64,000 nucleotides of DNA from Octopus vulgaris (taxonomy: Eukaryota): the NCBI GenBank assembly GCA_951406725.2, contig OX597820.1, positions 117,924,001-117,988,000 on the forward strand, written 5' to 3'. The position numbers and the translations under genes were made by a program. Under the pieces are notes generated by a model. That model did not search any database, was not told the origin of the DNA, and saw nothing but the letters and a program-made list of their open reading frames with translations. Below are positions 53,042-64,000 of the stretch, piece after piece (positions within the stretch are counted from its first letter, which is position 1; each line of letters begins with the position of its first letter).

Positions 53042-53755
53042 GAAAATAGATGAGGTTTGGTGGAGACTAAGAGGAGGATGGCTGATGGAAGAGAGTGGGA
53101 AGAGGAAGAGCGGGAAGAGAAGATAGATCGATAGATAGATAGAGATGGAAAAGGAGAGAGAGAAGGAGAAAGAGAGGGAGAAAGGGAAGGAGAGAGAGAG
53201 AGAGAGAAGGAGAAAGAGAGGGAGAAAGGGAAGGAGAGAGAGAGGGAGAGAGTGGGAGAGGAGATGAAAATAGATGAGGTTTGGTGGAGACTAAGAGGAG
53301 GATGGCTGATGGAAGAGAGCGGGAAGGGGAAGAGCGGGAAGAGAAAGAGCGGGAAGAGAAGATAGATCGATAGATAGATAGAGAGGGAAAATGAGAGGGA
53401 GAGAGAAGGAGAAAGAGAGGGAGAAAGGGAAGGAGAGAGAGAGGGAGAGAGAGGGAGAGAGAGGGAGAGGAGATGAAAATAGATGAGGTTTGGTGGAGAC
53501 TAAGAGGAGGATGGCTGATGGAAGAGAGCGGGAAGGGGAAGAGCGGGAAGAGAAAGAGCGGGAAGAGAAGATAGATAGATAGATAGATAGATAGAGAGGG
53601 AAAAGGAGAGGGAGAGAGAAGGAGAAAGAGAGAGAGAAAGGGAAGGAGAGAGAGAAAGGGAAGGAGAGAGAGAAAGGGAAGGAGAGAGAGCGAAGGAGAA
53701 AGAGAGGGAGAAAGGGAAGGAGAGAGAGAGAGGGAGATGAGACGAAAATAGAAGA
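53042..53755. repeat. Purine-rich minisatellite, three units of ~210-270 bp
   Basis: gaaaatagatgaggtttggtggagactaagaggaggatggctgatggaagagag at 53042, 53266, 53475. Confidence 0.9.
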
Positions 53756-53830
53756 TTCGGGCTTTGTAATAGGATGAGGCTGGAGTCGATGATGAGGCTG
53801 ATGAGGAAGAGATAGAGGAGGAAAGAAATA

Positions 53831-53863
<33 letters not shown>

Positions 53864-54819
53864 AAATACATGTAAAGTAGAAAGAAAGTAAAAAGAAAAA
53901 GAAGGGAAGTAATAAAAGGTGATGGAAAAAAGACAATAACAAAAACAAGAGTGAATGCCACTAATGTAAGGGCAAGGGGTCTGGTTGACAGAGTCTGGTA
54001 CTTTACGGTGTTAAGCGAACGAAGGAGACTCTATGGGGTTAGATCTGCTAGAAGTAGGAGTAACCCCCCCCCCCCTCAAATGATATCAAACGTAATCGTC
54101 TTAAAACGAAGAGGAGCAGACTGGATAATATGAACCTAAACAGGTGTTATCGGAGAAAAGAATGGGATTGGCATGTCCAGAACGCCGTTGATCATTGCTT
54201 CATTCAGTCAGGCCTAACGTAGCGCTAATCAATATCAACAACAACAACAGCCAAAACAGAGCCAGACTTAAAGAAGAAGACCATCACCACCACCACCACC
54301 ACCACCACCACCACCACCACCACCACCACCACCACCACAGCCAACAACAACAACAACAACAACAACCACAAAGGTTGACAGAATTAAAAAACCATTATTT
54401 ACTTTATCAGCAACAGCAATGATGATCATTTCTACAAAAGGTACTAGGCCTGAAAATTTTGGGGAGGGAATTCAGTCGGTTACATGGACCCCAGTGCTTG
54501 ACTGGTACTTAATTTATCGAACCCGAAAGGATGAAAAGCAAAGTCGACCTCGGCGGAATTTGAACTCAGAACGTAGCGACGGGCGAAATACCGCAAAGCA
54601 TTTCGTCCAACGTGCAAGCGATTCTGCTAGATCGCAGCCTTTAGTCTCAAGATTTGGCACAAGGCCAACAATTTTGGGTGGGGTTGGGGTTGGGGGTTGG
54701 GCCTAGTTCATTAGGTCGACCCTAGAACTTGATAGATACTTATTTTATCAACTCTGAAAGGATGAAAGGCAAAGTCAATCTGGGCAGAATTTGAGCGAAC
54801 GCAATACCAAGCAGTGACT

Positions 54820-55362
54820 GTCTTGGCTTTTGATCGTAACTGATTGGAAGTGTTATCATGTACATTGTTTTGTCTTGGTATAAAAGATGGGCTACAGCAA
54901 ATATTCTGCTCAATACCACAGATTTGTTTGTCAGTTGTTTGACCATAACCAGTTGAGCTTGTCCCTTAGTGGCTGGCGATATATGCATCTCTGATCACCA
55001 GCAGAAGTACTGGGGGAGCATCATAGCCGTGTGTTGAAAGGAATTCTTTGGGGTTTGGATAATTCACCTCTCGAAACATTCACCTCTCGAATATTTCGTT
55101 CAACATCCTTAAAGATACTGTATTCAGGGACCTTTTGATCGCGCTGGGCCACTCAAGCTGAAGAAAATTCTAACTGGGCCCCGCCTGCAAGGTAATACGC
55201 TGTTTATCTTGATATGAGATCACCATGACGCGCATATATGGTTGTGATGCATGTGCCTGGTGTACCCTTATCAGACAGGTAGTAATGGTAAGTATACTGG
55301 GCTTCGTATATTTATTTGTACCCCAGTGTCACTTTGATGGCATACACTGCTCTCTCTCACTC
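54820..55362 (+). mobile_element. Second copy of the 28150-28710 repeat, ending in (AAT)n
   Basis: ctgattggaagtgttatcatgtacattgttttgtc...gtacccttatcagac...cactcaataataat. Confidence 0.8.
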
Positions 55363-55427
<65 letters not shown>

Positions 55428-55433
<6 letters not shown>

Positions 55434-55812
55434 GGAATTCGACAAACTTAGTAAATATAAGGACCTGGAAATCGAAATACAAAAGATGTGGAATCTTAAA
55501 ACAAAAACTGTTCCTGTTATTGTAGGTGCCCTAGGTATGATAAAAAAAGGATGTCAAAAACACCTAGACAATATCCCTGGAGAACCATGTCTCAAGGAAA
55601 TCCAAAAGATTGTGCTAACAAGTACTGCCCACATCCTTAGAAAAACCCTATCAATGTAAATGCTTGTGTTGTATTACATGGAGATATTTCTCTACTTCTC
55701 CTCCCCAAGCTTTCAGCTATATTTCAACAACTCTTAACCTTCACTTGCCCTAGGGTGCTGGGTGTGCTCCGGCAAGTGATTACATCAAACTTGCCGATTA
55801 AAAGTAAATGGC
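55428..55812 (+). mobile_element. Extreme 3' end of an R4/Dong-like RLE retrotransposon inserted in a (TAA)n array
   Basis: KLSKYKDLEIEIQKMWNLKTKTVPVIVGALG...IQKIVLTSTAHILRKTLSM*; (TAA)n on both sides. Confidence 0.85.
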
Positions 55813-55879
<67 letters not shown>

Positions 55880-56501
55880 GTCCTTTCTACTATAGGCACA
55901 AGGCCTGAAATTTTGGGTAAGGAGCTAGTCAATTACATTGACCCCTGTGTTAGATTGGCACTTATTTTATCGACCCCGAAAGTATGCAAAGCAAAGCCGA
56001 CCTCAGCGGAATTTGAACCATAAATGTAAAAGCGGACAAATATTAGGTGTCTTGTCTGGCGTGCATTTTGTTCTACCAGCTCATCGCATCGAATATAAAG
56101 AGTTCTGATTTCGGTATAAGAGCAGCAATTTTGAGGGCTAAGGGGTCAGTTACATACCCCAGTACTTGTTTGGTACTTTAATCGACCCCGAAAAAATGAA
56201 AGGCAACGTTGACTTCAGTTGGACTTGAAACGCTGAAAATAAAGAAAATAACGGAATACGGCAAGACTTCTTCTATTGCTGTTTGGATTGTGTGGGAAGA
56301 ATATGGAGAATATGGAAGAGGAAGAAGAGAAGAAGAGGAGAGAGAAGAAGGAGTAAGTGAGGGAAGAGGGGATATGGATTAGGAAGAGAGGGGTAAGAGG
56401 AGGGGAAAATGAAAATTAATTAGAAAAAGGGGAAGGAATGAAGAGGTGGAAAAAATGAACGATGTTAAAGAAGAAATACAAATAAATGAGAGGGAAGAGA
56501 T

Positions 56502-56545
<44 letters not shown>

Positions 56546-57148
56546 TATAGAGAAAGATAGATAGAGAGAGAGAGAGAGAGAGGGCGGATGATGATGATGA
56601 TGACGACGATGAGGATGATGGTGATAATGGCTAAGATGGTAGCAAGACGGAGTTGATTAATAATAAAATAAATTTTCTTCTTCTTCTTCTTCTTCTTCTT
56701 CTTCTTCTTCTTCTTCTTCTTCTTCTTCTTCTTCTTCTTCTTCTTCTTCTTCTCACCACTTCTCCTCCTCTCCTCCCCCCTCTTACACCCTCCGCCACCC
56801 ATTCTGATACATATCCCAATGTGTTAGACAACCGTAAAATAAAGCCAGTTCCCAAGGTAGCGTCAATCAGTCGAACGTTGCATTCGAAAGACTTTTTGTT
56901 TTTACTAACTTCGCCATTTTGTTTCCTTCCTTCCCCCATTCCCTCCCTACCTTCCATCCATCCATCCATCCATCCATCCATCCATTCTTCCCTCTCTTTC
57001 TCTGTCTGTCTGTCTGTCTCTCTCTCTCCCCCGTCCTTCCTTAACCAACAACAACCAAACCCAAATACAAATCCCTTCTTAAACTTGAGTTTCTCGCTGC
57101 CGATTGCCGGATTCGACCCGCGATTACATTGCCCTTTCTTTCTTTATT

Positions 57149-57200
<52 letters not shown>

Positions 57201-57296
57201 TTCTGTCCTTTTCCTTACGTCTTCCCCTCTTCCCTTCTTCATTTTCTCCTCCGCTTCGCATTCATCATTCATCACCAGCATTTATATGCATATACG

Positions 57297-57347
<51 letters not shown>

Positions 57348-57350
57348 CTG

Positions 57351-57413
<63 letters not shown>

Positions 57414-57859
57414 GTATATATATGTATATATATGTATATATATATATATATGTTTGCATAGGTATGAATGTTTATATGTGTGCATATATGTATATATATA
57501 TATGTATGCATGTATGTATATATATACATGCATACATATATACACGCATACACACATACATACACACATACACTGACCTTGTATGACCCTACGTATGTCT
57601 TTGTATGTCTAAGTGTGTGTATAATACGTATACATGTGTAGATATCTCTCCATGGCCTTGTGCGCCTGTATCTGTTTCTACGTGCATATGTAAGTGTCTG
57701 TTTGTGTATATATGTATGTATGTATATGTAGGCATGTATGCGTGTGTATGTGTGTGCTTGCATGTATTCGTGTGTGTGCGTTTGTGCGAGTGAATGTGTG
57801 TGTTTGCGTGTGTTTAATGCATGCGCGTTTATATATGTTTCTATGTCCGTATGCATGCA

Positions 57860-58430
57860 TGCATGTATGTATGCATGTATGTGTTCATTTATGTATGTAT
57901 GTGTACTTGTATGTATGCATGTATGTGTCCATTTATGTATGTATGTGTACTTGTATGTATGCATGTATGTGTCCATTTATGTATGTATGTGTACTTGTAT
58001 GTATGCATGTATGTGTCCATTTATGTATGTATGTGTACTTGTATGTATGCATGTATGTGTCCCTTTATGTATGTATGTATGTACTTGTATGTATGCATGT
58101 ATGTGTCCATTTATGTATGTATGTGTACTTGTATGTATGCATGTATGTGTCCCTTTATGTATGTATGTATGTACTTGTATGTATGCATGTATGTGTCCAT
58201 TTATGTATGAATGTGTACTTGTATGTATGCATGTATGTGTCCATTTATGTATGTGTACTTGTAGGTATGCATGTATGTGTCCATTTATGTATGTATGTGT
58301 ACTTGTAGGTATGCATGTATGTGTCCATTTATGTATGTGTACTTGTATGTATGTGTCCATTTATGTATGTATGTATGTACTTGTATGTATGCATGTATGT
58401 GTCCATTTATGTATGTATGTATTTGTATGT
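57860..58430. repeat. ~40-bp minisatellite derived from (TATG)n
   Basis: Unit atgtatgtgtccatttatgtatgtatgtgtacttgtatgtatgc repeated >10 times. Confidence 0.9.
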
Positions 58431-58619
58431 ATGTATATATAGGTGTGTGTGTATGTGTGTGTATGTGTATGAGCTTCTGTACTAGTTGCTGTGTGTAAAT
58501 CAATTTTCTTTTCCGTTATTATCTCTTTTGTATTTTCAGTGTTGCTCTTTTCGTTATTGATGTTCTCGTTATTGTTGCCGTTCTTTTCGCAGTTGTTATT
58601 GCAGTAGTAGTAATAGTAA

Positions 58620-58662
<43 letters not shown>

Positions 58663-59084
58663 TATCGTTGTTGTTGTTGATGTTGTAGTTGTTATTGTTA
58701 ACGTTGTTGACCGTCTTGTTTTGTTTTCTGGCTATGAATAATCGAAGTTATTTCGGGAGATAATCTCCGTGCTTGGATGTTGTAATGGTTGTTATTACCG
58801 CTAGATGGCGTTAGTTTATACATCGCTCTAGCTGGTGGCCATAAATTTGATATTGCACTGTTCATCACTTTACGTTCTGTAAGCTTCTTGTCCTCTCTCC
58901 CACCTTACTCGTCTCCCCACCTCACAAGCTCTCTTATTCTATCGTTATGTTTATATCTTTCTCTTGTGATATTTTATTTTGTTCATTTTTGAAAAAAATA
59001 CGCTGCATTTTCCTTTCTTTTTCTTTCATGCTACTGTACATCCATCGATTTCTCGTTAGTTCGCTCTATGTATCTTCCTTTTCG

Positions 59085-61927
<2,843 letters not shown>

Positions 61928-62814
61928 AGCATAGGCGAACATGCATCATTATTTTGGGTTGTTTCATGTCCAAAAATTTCAATTTCCTCCTGAGTCGAGA
62001 CGCCATGTTGATGGTGATGATGACAGACAAAGACCAATACTGGAGCGAAACAGACGGGAACAAAGACACCATCAAAGAGTTGGCAGATGGTGTTGTTGTT
62101 GTTGTTGTTGTTGTTACATCTTGCGTTATGTTTCTTTTGTCTTCGAAAAGTTTAGTTAATTGAAGCAGTTTTGATCTCGGTTCTAGCTGCCATTTTGAAA
62201 GTTGGCTTTGGCTGTTGTTTCTAACGACGGTAAGAGCACCCTTGCAGTTCTTTCTCGCTGGTTAATTCACTGAACAAGATTTAACAAGGGTATAGCTCTT
62301 ATTCTAACCACCTCATGTCCTGACCATCACCTTCGATGTTCTATAATGGTCGATTCTATGCTTCCAGAGTTGACATTTCCTAGTAAAACTTTATTGATTA
62401 TATAACCCTTTCATGTAACGGTTAAAATAGTCCGGCTTTTCGGTGTCCTGACTATAAAAGCGTCCATGTTTCACGACCACCTAACAATGCCGATATCTTC
62501 ATAAAGCATATATCATTTTTGGCGTCCAATTTTTTCTTCTTAAACACACATTTTGCTTTACGTTACGCTTTTTCATCTAAATTAAGCGCCATGATTATAT
62601 TCGTTTTAGGATTAACGTTATCATTAACGTAAGGGCTGCCCCACCCCGGTACTTTTGTGAAAGGTTGCTCATAAAGATTTTAACACACTTACCTTTGTTT
62701 AATTAATTTGTTTAATTAGTTTGTGCAGGTTTGTTTCTTTTGTCTTGTCTGAAAATCTGTACATTTGTTTTTGACAATTCTTAATGGCCGCGATTTTGTT
62801 TTTCCACGCTTTAT

Positions 62815-63024
62815 TTTTATTTGCTTCAGGTATTAGACCGAGGCCATGCTGGGGCACCGCCTTGAAGAATTTTTAGTCGAATGAATCGACCTAGGCACTT
62901 ATTTGTTTTTAAAAGCTTGGTACTTATTCTATCGGTTTTGTTTTGCCGAACCGCTAAGTCACGGGGACGTAAACATGCCAACTCCGGTTGATAAGCGGTG
63001 GTGAGGGACGAACATGGTCACAAC

Positions 63025-63058
<34 letters not shown>

Positions 63059-63250
63059 CACACACATACACACACACATACACACACACATGTGCGTGCG
63101 ATTATACATATAAACGATGAGCTTCTCTCAAATCCACTCACAAGGCTTTGGTCGGCCGGAGGTAATGGGTAGAAGACACTTGCTCAAGGTGCTACGCAGT
63201 GGAACCGAACCCAGAACCACGTGTTTGGTAAGCAAGCCTCTTACCACGCA
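62815..63250 (-). mobile_element. Diverged SINE family A
   Basis: gccatgctggggcaccgcc...gccgaaccgctaagtcacggggacgtaaac...caaatccactcacaaggctttggtcggcc. Confidence 0.75.
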
Positions 63251-64000
63251 CTGTGCATCGTACACAGAGCATTGTCGTAGACATATTGGATAATATATTC
63301 CTGGGCCACCTGCATATAAAAAAGATGGGATGATCACGGCTGGAGTGGCTTTGATCATAACTGATCAATAAGAACTGACCTGGGCAAAATCAACAACTGA
63401 CAAGTAACAATGAAGCCTTTATGTAGTCGGTCTACGCGCTAGAAATAGTAGTCATATATCCTTTAATCCATGCCGTTCCATCTTAGGGGAGCATACGTTG
63501 GATAAGTGTTGTGGGGTTTTCTGCTCGTAAAATAGAATACGATGGTCACAGCTGGAGTGCCTTTGCTCATAGGTCGGCTTAATCACGGCTGATCTAAAGC
63601 TAAATAACTACAAAAATAACAGGATATTAACCGCTGGCACGCTTATGTTCAATGAACTGCTCGAACAGGACATACCTGGAGCTAAACAACGACAATAGCA
63701 GCCACAATAACAACAGTAACAACTGTATGAGTATTAAGTTTGTCTTGAGCTCCTAGGGGTCATAAAGCCAGAGCTTAAACCAATTTCTATGGCGTATAAG
63801 TGGCTGAGATCAAACACTACTCCTGGATAGGACGCCGTTTCACCGCAGGGTTAACTTCGCGGTTATCCTTGGAACATATTTACAGCTGAGGGAATTGGAA
63901 CACCGTGAAATGAGGTGTTTTGCTCAAGAATACAACGCATCACCCGGTCCAGGGATCGAAACTAGGATGTTTTTAGTGTTGGTATATTCACGAATATACC

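Noticed and set aside
57860-58430. Regular ~40-bp repeat as CRISPR-like array
   Set aside because: No unique spacers, eukaryotic context; TATG-derived minisatellite
58798-58811. CTCF-like motif ccgctagatggcgt (also 10000-10013 minus)
   Set aside because: Short matches are expected by chance in 64 kb; there is no supporting evidence
61930-62075. Minus-strand [21 protein letters not shown] as a gene start
   Set aside because: No clear splice donor or recognisable homology; runs into (TA)n

Overview
This is eukaryotic, AT-rich, microsatellite-dense DNA. The SINE families and repeat landscape suggest a mollusc, most likely an octopus (inference from pattern, not searched). No host protein-coding exon could be recognised, and nearly all listed ORFs are microsatellite read-through. 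Recognisable coding remnants are all transposon-derived: an internally deleted Tx1/L1-clade LINE (~551-4173), two R4/Dong-like RLE-type LINE 3' ends (46890-47790, 55428-55812), mariner transposase remnants (6565-6896, 32319-33473, 33525-33770) and an RTE 3' end (15330-15517). At least three tRNA-derived SINE families are present in many copies. The most notable signal is about ten minimal hammerhead-ribozyme-like motifs (CUGANGA...GAAA-short, often palindromic stem III-UH), of the kind known from Penelope-like elements and retrozymes. They sit in short non-coding elements: long foldback palindromes, a ~355-bp terminally redundant unit whose two copies show compensatory base changes, and the 3' part of a tRNA-headed (Pol III) SINE-like element. 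All folds were deduced by eye.
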